A stretch of DNA of 64,000 nucleotides from an uncultured delta proteobacterium (GCA_963769935.1 CAVYNY010000020.1:1-64000); one strand, 5' to 3'. Positions 32,440-43,342 are shown, numbered from the stretch's first letter. Notes: generated by a model from the letters alone, not told the origin. Numbers and translations: made by a program.

Positions 32440-33087
32440 TTACCGTGATTTGCCGACTCCCACCCGATCACAGTAGCGCTGAATTTTGCATTGGCTGCAA
32501 AAGGGCGAGATCGGTTTGCAGATATTCTGCCCGTATGTGACCAAAAGATCGTTAATTATCAACCAGTAGCGTTTTGGCAGCTTGTCGCGCAGTGCCGTCT
32601 CCGTTTTTTCCGGGGTTTTGGTCTGAACGTAGCCCCAGCGGTTGGTGATGCGGTGCACGTGGGTATCAACACAGATTCCCGGCTTGTTGTAGCCCATTGT
32701 GACTACCAAATTGGCCGTCTTGCGCCCGACTCCCGGCAATTTCAGCAACGCATCAATGTCATCCGGCACCCGTCCATTGTATTCCGATAGTAGAATCAGG
32801 CAAATCTTTTGGATATTCTTCGCCTTGGTTTTATAAAAGCCCACCGGATAAATCGCCTTTTCAATCGTCGGCGTGAGCAGCTTTGCCATCGTCCGCGGCG
32901 TTTCGGCCAGCCGGAACAGCCTGGCACTTGCCTCACCGGTGGTCTTATCCTGAGTGCGCAGCGACAGCAGGCAGGAAATTAGAACGGTAAAGGGACTCCG
33001 GGAATAGTGCCCCACGACGGGGACCTCCCACTTTTGAACTTCTTTCTTCAGGATTTGAATTATCTTATGAATATCTTGATCGCGCAT
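32440..33087 (-). CDS. nth: Endonuclease III
   Basis: HhH LLKLPGVGRKTANLV, VDTHVHR, CKPISPFCSQCKIQRYC [4Fe-4S] motif. Confidence 0.95.
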   Translation of the reverse strand: MRDQDIHKIIQILKKEVQKWEVPVVGHYSRSPFTVLISCLLSLRTQDKTTGEASARLFRLAETPRTMAKLLTPTIEKAIYPVGFYKTKAKNIQKICLILLSEYNGRVPDDIDALLKLPGVGRKTANLVVTMGYNKPGICVDTHVHRITNRWGYVQTKTPEKTETALRDKLPKRYWLIINDLLVTYGQNICKPISPFCSQCKIQRYCDRVGVGKSR

Positions 33088-33560
33088 GAATGCCTTCTAT
33101 AAATGAAAGCCGGTTGAATCGCAAGTTGTCTTTGATGCTCGGAAGTCGGGATGCATGGAGGCTGGAAAAACCTAAGACTGTCAGTTGTCCGTCGTCCGTG
33201 GTCCGTTGTTATCGTACAACGACATAAATCATTTAAATATTTTTCCAATGAACCACGGACAGCATTCAACTGACCCAATGAGCGCCGGCTCAATTATTCC
33301 TTGACATTATAGACCAATCCGGTATTAACGATTCTTGACTGGCGGATTTATTGCTGTTGTTGAAATCTATACCACTTTGTCAGATCGGCCTATCACGTAT
33401 CTTATCGAGATTTGATCCTGCGAAAAGAGGTATTCGCTTTTTGCCGAATATATTTTAACTGCGGGTCATACCGGGCATTCATCCTCTCATATGTTGGAAA
33501 TAATCTGGTTGATCAGAAAAAGGATCAACACTTGAATTGACAATTCAATGGGAGCACGCC

Positions 33561-34685
33561 ATGCCGTCATACCTCGTAAAGCCGGGTGATACCCTGTCAA
33601 AAATTGCCACCGGCACCTTGGGCTCGGCCGGGAAATGGCGCATCATCGCCGAGATGAACGGCATTGTCAATCCGAGCAAAATTCGGATCGGGCAGCGCCT
33701 GCAGTTACCGGGCGAGGTGATGGAAGTGCCCGGTGTTGTCAACACGGCCGAAGGTGTAAAGCGAGTCGGCAAGGAACGGGTTCGAATATGTACCGAACAT
33801 AATGTGGTTTACGCAACTCCTCTGGTAAAACCGGAAAAGATCTTTGTCGGCCGGCTGTATCGCAAGGGGTTGCATCGGATGGGCGTGCAGGAACCGGAAG
33901 CATTTATTGTCAATCATCACGAGAAGCTGCAGGAGGTCGGCCTGACCGATTCGGAAGTAAATGTGATCCTGGCGACTTCTGAAAATGCCGTTAATATGGA
34001 CGCCGTCGATACCTGGGAAAATCAATTTATCAGTTTCGGCATGTTCCAGTGGACGGCCGGCCTGCCCGGAAAGCCTGGTGAACTCCCCGCGCTGCTGCAG
34101 CTTATAAAGATCGGCTATCCGGATAATTTTCAACATTACTGGGCCCAGTTCGGTTTGGATGTGGCTGAGGTGGGTCACAAATTAGGCTGGTTCACCTATC
34201 GCGGGAAGAAATTAGTCTCAACTGCCGATAAGGCCTTGCTGCGGGAGCATATCTGGGCCTATCGTTTTGCACGGGCAGGTGCTGATATCGAAGTCCAGGC
34301 GGCCCAGATCCAGCACGCTGTTAACCGCATTCACCAGTTTTATTTCGTTAAGTCTTCCAAACTATATGGTTATGCCTTAGCCGACCTGATCTCCTCTGAA
34401 TACGGTGTTGCCCTGCTGTTGGACAATCACGTCAACTGCCCCGGTTATGTCCGCCGCTGTGTGGCCGAAGCTTTGAAATTGAGCAGCTTGACGGCGGCAG
34501 ATCCGACCGGGTGGGAGGACGAGGAAGAGCAACTGGTAATAAAAAATTATTTGGAAATTAGGGAAACCTATGGCAAGCGGCCCATGAGCAATGCCAGACA
34601 ACGGGCCGCAGTCATCCGGGGATATGTGGCCGATGGGATCATTTCGGCCGGCAGAGGATCCTTTGTTTCCAGTTGGCAGGGGTGA
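33561..34685 (+). CDS. LysM-domain protein with a possible lysozyme-like C-terminal domain
   Basis: YLVKPGDTLSKIA...IAEMNGIVNPSKIRIGQRLQLP; later ISFGMFQWT motif. Confidence 0.75.
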   Translation: MPSYLVKPGDTLSKIATGTLGSAGKWRIIAEMNGIVNPSKIRIGQRLQLPGEVMEVPGVVNTAEGVKRVGKERVRICTEHNVVYATPLVKPEKIFVGRLYRKGLHRMGVQEPEAFIVNHHEKLQEVGLTDSEVNVILATSENAVNMDAVDTWENQFISFGMFQWTAGLPGKPGELPALLQLIKIGYPDNFQHYWAQFGLDVAEVGHKLGWFTYRGKKLVSTADKALLREHIWAYRFARAGADIEVQAAQIQHAVNRIHQFYFVKSSKLYGYALADLISSEYGVALLLDNHVNCPGYVRRCVAEALKLSSLTAADPTGWEDEEEQLVIKNYLEIRETYGKRPMSNARQRAAVIRGYVADGIISAGRGSFVSSWQG

Positions 34686-34833
34686 CTCCCGGGGCGATTA
34701 CGATCGAATACCGTTGAATTGAAATATTCTGAAATTTTATCCTTTTCGCTTTGAATAATCCTCTTTCATGATTATGCTTTCCTTATTCGGATTGGCCGGA
34801 TTCAGCTGAATATTCAGAAAAGCAGGAGGTGCT

Positions 34834-35307
34834 ATGAGTGATCAAGTTGTTTACACATCGAAGGCTAGAATTGAACGGGTAAAAGGACCTTTACGCCGGG
34901 CCTATTTGCCGTTGGTGAAAGACCCGGTTAAATTTGGCGTGCATTCCGAAATAGCCGAGCATTACGGTGTGGATCCAAATGTTCACGAGCCACACGCCAC
35001 AACCCTGGACTATGTGGTTGCCGCGGCCGCCGGCTGACTGACCGGCACGTTTGGCGGCGCGCTGGAAGCGCGCAAGATTCCGGCCGGTGAAGGATATCTC
35101 AGCTCAGAAGCACGCGGCGAAATCGAGAAAGACGGCAATGTCCTGGTAATTAAAAGAATCCGCGTAACCTATCATCTTAAATTAAAACCGGATCAGCGAG
35201 AAACCGCCGAGAGGGTGCATGGTTTTCACGCCGAAAAATGTCCCGTGGCGCGTACGATCAAGGACTGTGTGGATATCGCCACCGAATTGGTCATGGAAGA
35301 CGTATGA
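34834..35307 (+). CDS. OsmC-like selenoprotein (in-frame TGA at 35035-35037 read as Sec), 157 aa
   Basis: The frame stays open after TGA: LDYVVAAAAG-U-LTGTFGGALEARKI...CPVARTI. TGA falls at the first catalytic Cys position of OsmC/Ohr; AGGAGG RBS. Confidence 0.85.
35057..35073 (+). promoter_or_regulatory. Bacterial SECIS-like hairpin
   Basis: GCGCGCT-GGA-AGCGCGC stem-loop; the G-containing loop starts 27 nt after the TGA. Confidence 0.7.
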
Positions 35308-35456
35308 TGCCGGTTAAGATGGTTAAGATCGTGTTGATCGCTGGGATCGTTCGGATCGTTGAGATGGTAGGGTTGGTTGAGATTGTTTGGATGGCTGGGG
35401 TAAGGATTTATTACCCGTCATATCGTTGACTTTAAAAACCAAAGGAGGGCTAAAAA

Positions 35457-36038
35457 ATGGCTGCTAAGAAAATACTAATGATTGTCGGAGACTTTGCGGA
35501 GGACTATGAAACGATGGTTCCTTTTCAGGCGCTGCAAATGGTCGGGCACACGGTCCATGCGGTATGTGCCGGCAAAAAGGCCGGCGAGACCATCAAAACC
35601 GCTGTCCATGACTTTGAAGGAGATCAGACTTACACCGAAAAACCAGGGCATAATTTCGCACTCAATGCTACTTTTGATGAAATTAGGGCGGAAGATTATG
35701 ATGCTTTGGTGATTCCCGGGGGACGAGCGCCGGAATATATTCGCCTGGACAAAAAGGTGTTGAGCATGGTGAGCCATTTTGCCCAGGCCAATAAGCCGAT
35801 TGCATCAGTATGCCACGGCGCGCAGGTCCTGGCAGCTGCCGGGGTGCTTAAGGGAAGGCGCTGCTCGGCCTATCCGGCAGTCGGCCCGGATGTAAAAATT
35901 GCCGGCGGGGAATACATGGACATTGCAGTGGATCAGTCTCACGTAGACGGCAATTTGGTCACCGCACCGGCCTGGCCCGCCCATCCGGCCTGGCTGGCAA
36001 ATTTTCTGAAAGTACTGGGGACCAAGATTGAACCCTGA
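35457..36038 (+). CDS. DJ-1/PfpI-family protein
   Basis: [39 protein letters not shown] nucleophile elbow. Confidence 0.92.
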   Translation: MAAKKILMIVGDFAEDYETMVPFQALQMVGHTVHAVCAGKKAGETIKTAVHDFEGDQTYTEKPGHNFALNATFDEIRAEDYDALVIPGGRAPEYIRLDKKVLSMVSHFAQANKPIASVCHGAQVLAAAGVLKGRRCSAYPAVGPDVKIAGGEYMDIAVDQSHVDGNLVTAPAWPAHPAWLANFLKVLGTKIEP

Positions 36039-36262
36039 TGATTGCAGACGTTCCGCCATTCTGAGCGCCAATGCTTTTGGCGGACAATGGAGCCTGGAAA
36101 AAGCTGCCGGCACGAATCGGCGACCGTGTAACTGCTGCGAATCAACCGGGGGCCGACGGTCATTCTTCGATCCATTCATTACCCCGGAGGGATCTAATTC
36201 ACCCGGAAGCGAGCATTTGCGGCGGTTATTTACTGTGCCGCGAAGTTTTACGGGAGGAAAAA

Positions 36263-36460
36263 ATGAGCGAACTGATCGAAGTCACGCTGGAAAGACAGAT
36301 CGCGCAAGTCGTTTTAAATCGGCCGGCAGCGTACAATGCCTTTGAAACCCAAATTGAAAAAGAGCGGGCGGCACTTGAAGCCTGCGCCGATCATCCTGAC
36401 GGTCTGGAAGGATTGGCGGCCTTCTCGGAAAAGCGCAAACCGCAATACGGCGTCCACTAA
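36263..36460 (+). pseudogene. Internally deleted enoyl-CoA hydratase/isomerase remnant
   Basis: Crotonase N-terminus (IAQVVLNRPAAYNAF) joined directly to the C-terminus (DGLEGLAAFSEKRKPQY); GGAGG RBS retained. Confidence 0.75.
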
Positions 36461-36616
36461 GGGTTCACGAAAAAATTAGTTCACAATTTTAGGCGTTGCG
36501 GCGCCCGTCTGGCAAGGCGCGAAAACGCAGGAATATCTGGATATTCCGAGCTTTCGCAACGCAGCCGGGCGGGATGCATCGGCGTATAAAATGTGAAGTT
36601 ATTTTTGAGTGAGCCC
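36461..36616 (+). mobile_element. 156-bp MITE-like element, copy 2
   Basis: GGGTTCACGAAAAAATTAGTTCACA...TGTGAAGTTATTTTTGAGTGAGCCC; starts right after a TAA stop; same length as copy 1. Confidence 0.85.
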
Positions 36617-36660
36617 TATACGCATCTGATTCCTTTCAGGTGACGTGCTGATCTAAAGGA

Positions 36661-37407
36661 ATGCGAATTATGCAGGCCCCTTACCGGGAAATTGCCGAGC
36701 TGCTGCAAAAGCGAAGAGAATGTGTGGCGCTGACCGGTGCCGGCATATCGGCCGAAAGCGGGATACCGACGTTTCGATCAAAAGGCGGATTGTGGGAAAA
36801 ATATGATCCCATGGTGTATGCCTCGGCCGAGGTTTTCAGACGCGATCCTTCAAAATACTGGATGATCCGGGGGGAATTTATTCGCAATTACGGCAAATAC
36901 AAACCGAATCCCGGCCATCTTGCCTTGGTGGAACTTGAAAACATGAACATCCTGCGGCATGTCATTACCCAAAACATTGACGGTTTGCACAAAGACGCCG
37001 GCAGCCGGAGCGTGACCGAAATTCATGGGAGTCTCAGGGAAATTAATTGTCTGAGCTGCGGTAAAGCCTACCTGGCACCCCATGTGCCCGCAGGCGATCC
37101 GCCGTATTGTGATTGCGGCGGGGTGCTCAAACCCAATACCGTTTTATTTGGTGAGCAGCTGCCCCCGGGCGAGCTGGAAAGGGCCTATCATGAATCCTCG
37201 ACCTGCAAATCCATGCTGGTAGTCGGAACCTCGGCGGTTGTTCAACCGGCGGCCTCATTACCCTACCTGGCCAAGCAAAGCGGGGCTGCGGTGATAGAAA
37301 TAAACCCTGAAAATGCTTTCCCCGGGGCGGACTATTACGTTAAGGACAAAGCCGGGACGGCACTTCCAAGAATCGTCGAAGAATTAAAAATGATGTCTGC
37401 CGGCTAA
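36661..37407 (+). CDS. cobB: NAD-dependent protein deacylase (sirtuin)
   Basis: GAGISAESGIPTFR, ITQNIDGLH, EIHGS, Zn cysteines, VGTSAVVQPAA. Confidence 0.93.
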   Translation: MRIMQAPYREIAELLQKRRECVALTGAGISAESGIPTFRSKGGLWEKYDPMVYASAEVFRRDPSKYWMIRGEFIRNYGKYKPNPGHLALVELENMNILRHVITQNIDGLHKDAGSRSVTEIHGSLREINCLSCGKAYLAPHVPAGDPPYCDCGGVLKPNTVLFGEQLPPGELERAYHESSTCKSMLVVGTSAVVQPAASLPYLAKQSGAAVIEINPENAFPGADYYVKDKAGTALPRIVEELKMMSAG

Positions 37408-37922
37408 TGTGGCGTCAGATGGTCCAAAACCAGGCGCTTCAGCTCCCGGACTTCTTGGGCGATGCTTTTTTGATCCGTCGTGTAAACAATGTCCGCCGCC
37501 CGGAAATATTTGTCGCGGGATTTTTCCCATATCATCCGGATATCTTCTTCAACGCTGGTGCCGACGTTCACGCGGGGCCGATCGGCCTTTTTGACGCGCC
37601 GGATCAATTCCTCCAAAGATGCCGTCAACAGGATGACCAGTCCGCTTCCCGCGATGACATCCATGTTCCACTCATAGCGCACAGTTCCGCCCCCGAGACA
37701 GATGATCGCACTGTCAAGTTCGGCAAAACGTTTGCAGATCGAGTATTCCAGTTCACGAAAAGCCAGCCAGCCTTTCTGCTGCACCAATTCGTGAAAGGAG
37801 TACCCCAGGATCCGATCCATTTCCCGGTCAAGGTCGTAAAATTCCAGCTGAAGTTGCTGCGCCAGATGCTGTCCAATGGTCGTCTTGCCGGAACCAATCA
37901 TGCCGCAAAAGTAGATATTCAA
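37404..37922 (-). CDS. Shikimate-kinase-family protein
   Basis: GMIGSGKTT, DLD, GW-AFRELE, LGGG, DRP. Confidence 0.85.
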   Translation of the reverse strand: MNIYFCGMIGSGKTTIGQHLAQQLQLEFYDLDREMDRILGYSFHELVQQKGWLAFRELEYSICKRFAELDSAIICLGGGTVRYEWNMDVIAGSGLVILLTASLEELIRRVKKADRPRVNVGTSVEEDIRMIWEKSRDKYFRAADIVYTTDQKSIAQEVRELKRLVLDHLTPH

Positions 37923-37937
37923 TGGAAATGCCTAAAA

Positions 37938-39443
37938 TTATGGTGACTTATCCGTTTTTATCTGCCGCTTGAATTCGTTTAACCCCTGATATACATCGCG
38001 ATTGGCTTCAATGTAGTTTTCAAACAGCCGGGCCAGTTTTGTATATGTCCGGGTGCGTTCGGGATTGGGCGTGAATCGTTTGGCCACTTTTATCCATTCA
38101 CCGGCGATTTCCGGCAGCGATCGGGTATTATCCAGTCCGGCCTGACAGAAAATGGCCGTCCCCAGGCACGAAGCCTCGGTGATCGACAGCTTTTGGACTT
38201 CCAGACCGGTTACATCCGATCGAATTTGGTTCCAAACATCTATATTTGCACCACCGCCCGCAATGTTCAACTTGCGGGGGTCCAATCGGCTTTGGGATAA
38301 GATGTCGAGCAATTTCAAAATGCGCAGCGCACAACCTTCCATGACGGCCCGCAGCAGGTGGCGCCGTTTGTGTTCGGGCGTCAGTCCGATAATTCCGCCG
38401 GTCAGATATTCCTGCCAATAGGGAGATCGCTCGCCGGTCAACCCCGGCAACACCAACAGGCCGTTTGAACCGGGGGGCAGGGCGTCTATTTTTTCTTCAA
38501 GTGCGCCGACGGAAGTCTGCAGCAGTTGCTCAAAATATTGCAGGGCGCCGCCGGATAAGCCCAGGGGGCCGCCAACCAGATAGGTTCCCGGCAGCATGCC
38601 GGAATTGATACTGAGCGCTTGGTCGGGGTCGGCCGGTGCCGACGTACAGCACATCATAAACACATCCGTTGTACCGGACACCAACACGGCGTGGCCCTGG
38701 TCAAGGACGCCGGCGCCGTACATGGCCGTGGTGCCATCGGAGCTGCCGGTAATTACAGGGGTGCCGGCGAGCAGGCCCAGTTGTTCGGACGCCTTGACGC
38801 TGAGCGTGCCGGCGATGGTCGCGGCCGGCGCAAATGCCGGAAAGAGGGTCTCTTTTAGGTTGACGGCATCCAAAACATCAGCTGCCAATTTGCCTTGGTA
38901 TAGGTTGTATACTCCGGAATAATCAAGATGGGTGACGTCCGTCCGGATGCTATCGGTCAGGCGCCGAATGATGTCATCTTTTAAGCCTATTATGCAGTTC
39001 AGCTTTTTGGCCGTGTCCGGTCTGTGTTTGGCAAGCCACATAAGCTTGGGTGCCAGGAGCAGCGGACTGGGTTTGCGCCCGGTTATCGCAAAGAATTTCT
39101 CATCGGAGAAAAGTCGCCGGATTTCTTCCGTCTCGGCCGTCGCCCGGTTATCCGCATAGATGATGGCCGGCATCAGCGGGCTGCCCGCTTTGTCCAGAAA
39201 AACATAACCGAGCATCGCACTGGCACCCACGGCATCGAAAGTGATGCCGGGATGCTTTTCAATTTCGGCCCTAATTACCTTGCAAACTTGTTGCCAGAGT
39301 CGGTCGGTATCTATTTCAGCAAATGACGGCAGCGGATGAGCTATGCTGATTTGACATCGGCTCTGAGATACAATTTCTCCGTTGTCTGAAACAACCGCCG
39401 CCCGGCAGCCTGAAGTACCGACATCGATTACCAGATAACTCAT
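37938..39443 (-). CDS. FGGY-family carbohydrate kinase (xylulokinase-like)
   Basis: IDVGTSGCRA, GTT, LPGLTGERSPYW, RAVMEG, GGGAN...WNQIRSDV. Confidence 0.9.
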   Translation of the reverse strand: MSYLVIDVGTSGCRAAVVSDNGEIVSQSRCQISIAHPLPSFAEIDTDRLWQQVCKVIRAEIEKHPGITFDAVGASAMLGYVFLDKAGSPLMPAIIYADNRATAETEEIRRLFSDEKFFAITGRKPSPLLLAPKLMWLAKHRPDTAKKLNCIIGLKDDIIRRLTDSIRTDVTHLDYSGVYNLYQGKLAADVLDAVNLKETLFPAFAPAATIAGTLSVKASEQLGLLAGTPVITGSSDGTTAMYGAGVLDQGHAVLVSGTTDVFMMCCTSAPADPDQALSINSGMLPGTYLVGGPLGLSGGALQYFEQLLQTSVGALEEKIDALPPGSNGLLVLPGLTGERSPYWQEYLTGGIIGLTPEHKRRHLLRAVMEGCALRILKLLDILSQSRLDPRKLNIAGGGANIDVWNQIRSDVTGLEVQKLSITEASCLGTAIFCQAGLDNTRSLPEIAGEWIKVAKRFTPNPERTRTYTKLARLFENYIEANRDVYQGLNEFKRQIKTDKSP

Positions 39444-39489
39444 AGGCATAGATCCGTTAAGGCCATGGACCGATTTAGCGAAAATCATG

Positions 39490-39707
39490 AAAATTCCAAG
39501 CACCAAAAATCAAATTTCAAAAAAATCCCAATGACCCAAATTCAAAATTCCAAACAAATGAACCGTCAAATATTGTGATCAATGGCTTAACCGAATGTTC
39601 AACAGGGTTTCAAAAGCGATGCGCCACAATTGGGGTGAATGTTTTGGTCATTGGCTATTGAAAATTGAGATTTATTTGGAATTTGGTGCTTGAGATTTGA
39701 GATTTTA
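39490..39707. repeat. Long imperfect intergenic inverted repeat
   Basis: AAATTCCAAGCACCAAAAATCAAAT...CAATGACCCAAA versus TTTTGGTCATTGG...ATTTGGAATTTGGTGCTTGAGATTT. Confidence 0.7.
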
Positions 39708-39748
39708 TAGCTTCCGAATTTTATCCGGCATCCAGTATCCAAAATTTC

Positions 39749-40684
39749 TCATTTCGCGCCCGTCCTGGCAGCTTCCACGATGGTTTTCATAGAGGGCGGG
39801 TAGCCCCAGGTGTCGCTGCTGCATCCATTGGCCAGAAAAAAGCGCGTTGCACCGCCGAGGGCAACGCCTTCCTTAACATGGTTTTTTAAAAATTGCCGGG
39901 TGGTGCGGGCGACGATTTTTTGGTTGATGCCGCCCATCACGCAGCCTGAAATGCGCTCTTTGACCCATTGCAGGGACGGGCCCTTGGGGCCCCGGTCCCA
40001 CCAGTTGAAGATGTTAACCGGAAAATCCAGTACATCTTCGAAAAACAAATCTTCGCCGTGGATATGGGCGGTATTCATTTTGCCCAGCCCGGCTACAGCC
40101 GAAAACACTTTCATGGCCGGCGGTTTTACAAACCGCAGAAAATTTTCCCGGCTGATCAAATCCCTGCCGGCATACAGCGACATGAAAATGCCCGCCGTTC
40201 CGATTGCCAGTGATTTTTGGCAATAGGCAATGAGGTTGTCGGCAATCACGTCCAGTGCCGCCAGCATTGCATCCGGTTCAGCGGCCATCAAGGCTTCGAT
40301 GTTTTCGCCCGCCATATTGCGGCGCAGGCTTTGCCAGGGATCAAAGACCGTATCGAGAAAATACGCTTGGCCTCGCAGCTCTGTGTTGATGTATTTAAGG
40401 GCTTTGAACTGTTCCTGCCAGTCGCATTGCTCCACATCAAAGTGGGTGATGCGTTTGAGGTCTTCTTTGGTCTTGACCGCCTCCAGGCCCTTTGGGGGCG
40501 GATAAAAATAGTCGTTCATCACCTTCAGGTAGTCAAAGTCATAATAATTAAAGAACTCCAATGTCAACTTGGCAAATTGGTCGCCGCCGGCATGCTGAAC
40601 CCCGAAATGATACCAGAGTGTAACCGGCGGACGATCCACTTCTTCACCGTTTAGAACACGATCGACTCTTTCAATTTTGTCCAT
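39749..40684 (-). CDS. Uroporphyrinogen-decarboxylase/MtaA-like family protein
   Basis: VDRPPVTLWYHF, HIHG, GGINQ, FFLANGCS TIM-barrel signature. Confidence 0.8.
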   Translation of the reverse strand: MDKIERVDRVLNGEEVDRPPVTLWYHFGVQHAGGDQFAKLTLEFFNYYDFDYLKVMNDYFYPPPKGLEAVKTKEDLKRITHFDVEQCDWQEQFKALKYINTELRGQAYFLDTVFDPWQSLRRNMAGENIEALMAAEPDAMLAALDVIADNLIAYCQKSLAIGTAGIFMSLYAGRDLISRENFLRFVKPPAMKVFSAVAGLGKMNTAHIHGEDLFFEDVLDFPVNIFNWWDRGPKGPSLQWVKERISGCVMGGINQKIVARTTRQFLKNHVKEGVALGGATRFFLANGCSSDTWGYPPSMKTIVEAARTGAK

Positions 40685-40704
40685 TACTTCTATCCTTTCA
40701 TTGG

Positions 40705-41415
40705 TTATGCCACTCCCAGATACGCCTTTTGCATCAGCGGATTGTCCAGCAGATTTTGGGCGGTGTCATGCAACACAATTTCGCCTGTCTGAAGAACATA
40801 TCCCCGTCCGGCGATCGACAAGGCCATGTTGGCGTTCTGTTCGACCAGAAGCACGGATACCTTCTGGGCTTGGTTGATTTGTTGAATAATTTCAAAGATT
40901 TTATCTACAAACAGCGGCGACAGCCCCATCGAGGGTTCGTCCATTATCAGCAGTTTGGGGCGGGCCATCAGGGCTCTGGCCATGGCCACCATTTGCTGTT
41001 CTCCGCCGCTGAGGGTGGAGGCCAGCTGATTGTAGCGATTTTTGACGACCGGGAAGAGATCGCAGACGCGTGCGATGTCCTGCAGGATCTCTTTCTTATC
41101 TTTCCGAACATAGGCGCCCATGCGCAAATTTTCATGAACCGTCAGGTAAGGGAAAAGACGCCGTGCTTCGAGCACCGGTGAAATGCCCGCCCGCACAATC
41201 GCAGAGGGCGATTGCTTTTCGATCCGCTGTCCCAGAAATTCGATGGTGCCCCGCCGCGGCCTGACCAAGCCCAGAATAGTCTTCATCGTCGTGGACTTTC
41301 CGCAGGCATTGCCGCCCAGCAGCGAGACGATTTCACCGGCTTCAACACTCAGTGAGACGTTGCGCAATGCCTGGATGGGGCCGTAAAACGTGTCGATGTT
41401 ACTCAGTTTGAGCAC
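40705..41415 (-). CDS. Branched-chain-amino-acid-type ABC ATPase (LivF-like)
   Basis: GGNACGKST, LSGGEQQM, LLIMDEPSMGLSP, LLVEQN. Confidence 0.92.
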   Translation of the reverse strand: MLKLSNIDTFYGPIQALRNVSLSVEAGEIVSLLGGNACGKSTTMKTILGLVRPRRGTIEFLGQRIEKQSPSAIVRAGISPVLEARRLFPYLTVHENLRMGAYVRKDKKEILQDIARVCDLFPVVKNRYNQLASTLSGGEQQMVAMARALMARPKLLIMDEPSMGLSPLFVDKIFEIIQQINQAQKVSVLLVEQNANMALSIAGRGYVLQTGEIVLHDTAQNLLDNPLMQKAYLGVA

Positions 41416-42182
41416 GGTGACGCCCTCCCATATAGGCTTCAATGACATTCTGGTCGGCAGCAATTTGAGCCGGTGGGCCCTCGGCGATCTTCTCACCGTG
41501 GTCCAGCACGACAATGCGATCGGATAGCGTCATGACGACCTTCATTTTATGCTCAATGACCACTACGGTATGCCCGCGATTCCGGATCAAGCGGATCAGA
41601 TCGACGATACCCTGGGTTTCATGGGGATTCATTCCGGCGGTCGGTTCATCCAGTAAAATCAGACGGGGTTCGGATACCAGCGCCCGGGCAATTTCAAGAC
41701 GCCGGCGATTCGCGTAGGAAAGCATATCGGCATCCTGCGTCAACCGCGGCAGAAGTCTTTCACCGAACAAGTGAAATCACCTCCCGACATTTTTCCCTTG
41801 AAGCCATCTCCTCCCGGCCGACCCGGGGAGGACGAAAAAGGGCGCTGAAAATCCCCGTGCGGCCTTTATAATCGTTGCCCACCATGACATTGTCCATGAC
41901 CGTCATGCGATTAAACAGGCGGATGTGCTGGAAGGTGCGCGCTATTCCGCAGCGGGCCACTTCATGGGGCTGCAGGCCGACCAACTCGTTCCCCTGAAAT
42001 TTAATTGAGCCGGTGTTCGGCGGCATGGTTCCCGTAATGCAGTTAAACAGGGTCGTCTTGCCGGCGCCATTGGGCCCGATCAGGCTGATGATATCCCCCG
42101 CATTAATTTGCACGGAAACATTGTGAAGCGCCGCAAGTCCCCCGAATTCCTTGGTTACATTTGTGATTTCCAGCAAAGCCAT
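41399..42182 (-). CDS. ABC ATPase (LivG-like), frameshifted
   Basis: GPNGAGKTT, GIARTFQ, LSYANRRRLEIARAL, LLDEPTAG. Confidence 0.9.
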
Positions 42183-42321
42183 CGAAACGCTTCCGAGTTT
42201 TCAGGTTTATAATGACCCCGGCAAAGAATTGCCTAAATTGCCTAAAATGCACTAAAATGCCTAAAATTAATGCTGTTAATCGTTTAATGGGTTTATTGAA
42301 TTCAGCTCCAACTCAATCAAC

Positions 42322-43342
42322 TTATTCAGCGTCATCGTCAGGCAGGAATTTATCCCCCCTGGTGTAGACCGTCTTTTGTCGATCGTCAAACCAGGGCAGC
42401 CTCAGGCTGTAGTTTTTACCGCCCAGCAGACCCTGGCGGCGTACCAGCATCATAACGACCAAAATACCGCCGTAAACCAGCATGCGGTATTCCTGCATAA
42501 AGCGAAACACTTCCGGAATAATAACCAGCACAGCGGCACCGACCACCGGGCCGATCAGGTTGCCCTGCCCGCCAAAAGCCAGCATGGCAAGCAGAATGAA
42601 CGACTCGTATATATAAAAGCTGTCCGGGCTGACAAATTTGACGAAATGAGCATAGTAACTGCCGGCAATCCCGGCATAAAATGCCGCCAGCACAAAGGCC
42701 TGAATCTTATATCTGGTTGTGTTCACCCCCATGGCTTCGGCGGCCAGCTCGTTTTCACGGATTCTCACCAGCGCCCGGCCGAATCGGCAGGACATGAGGC
42801 GCTGCATGCTGCCGATGGTCAGCAGCACCAGAAAAAAGATCAGGTAGTAGTATTGCACCCGGGATTCAATCGCGTAGCCGAAAATACTGGGCGATGGAAT
42901 ATCCATGATGCCCAACGGACCGTTGGTAAAGCTCATCCAATTTTGCAGCACCAGAAAAAAGATCATGTTAAAGCCCAGGGTAGCCATCGTCATGTAAATC
43001 CCCGAAAGTCGCAAGCGTGGGTTTGGCGATCAGGTATCCGCAAACACCGGCCACCGACCCCCGCGCCCAGCATGGCCAGGGGAAACGGCAGCCCCGCCTC
43101 CATGACTAATTTGGCCGACGCATAGGCGCCGATGCCGTAAAACGCGGCATGGCCGATGGAAAGCAGACCCACGTACCCGTTTAACAGGTTTAAGCTCAGG
43201 GTCAGGATAGATATAGATGCCGATGAAAATCAGTACCTGAATGTAGTACTGATTGCTGATAAACAGGGGCATGAGTGCCATTATCGCGACAATGGCGAGA
43301 TAGGGCAAGATTGGCCAGGATCTGTCGCAAGGCGTGTGTCAT
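42322..43342 (-). CDS. ABC permease (LivM-like), frameshifted
   Basis: GLLSIGHAAFYGIGAY, FGRALVRIRENELAAEAMGVN. Confidence 0.88.
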
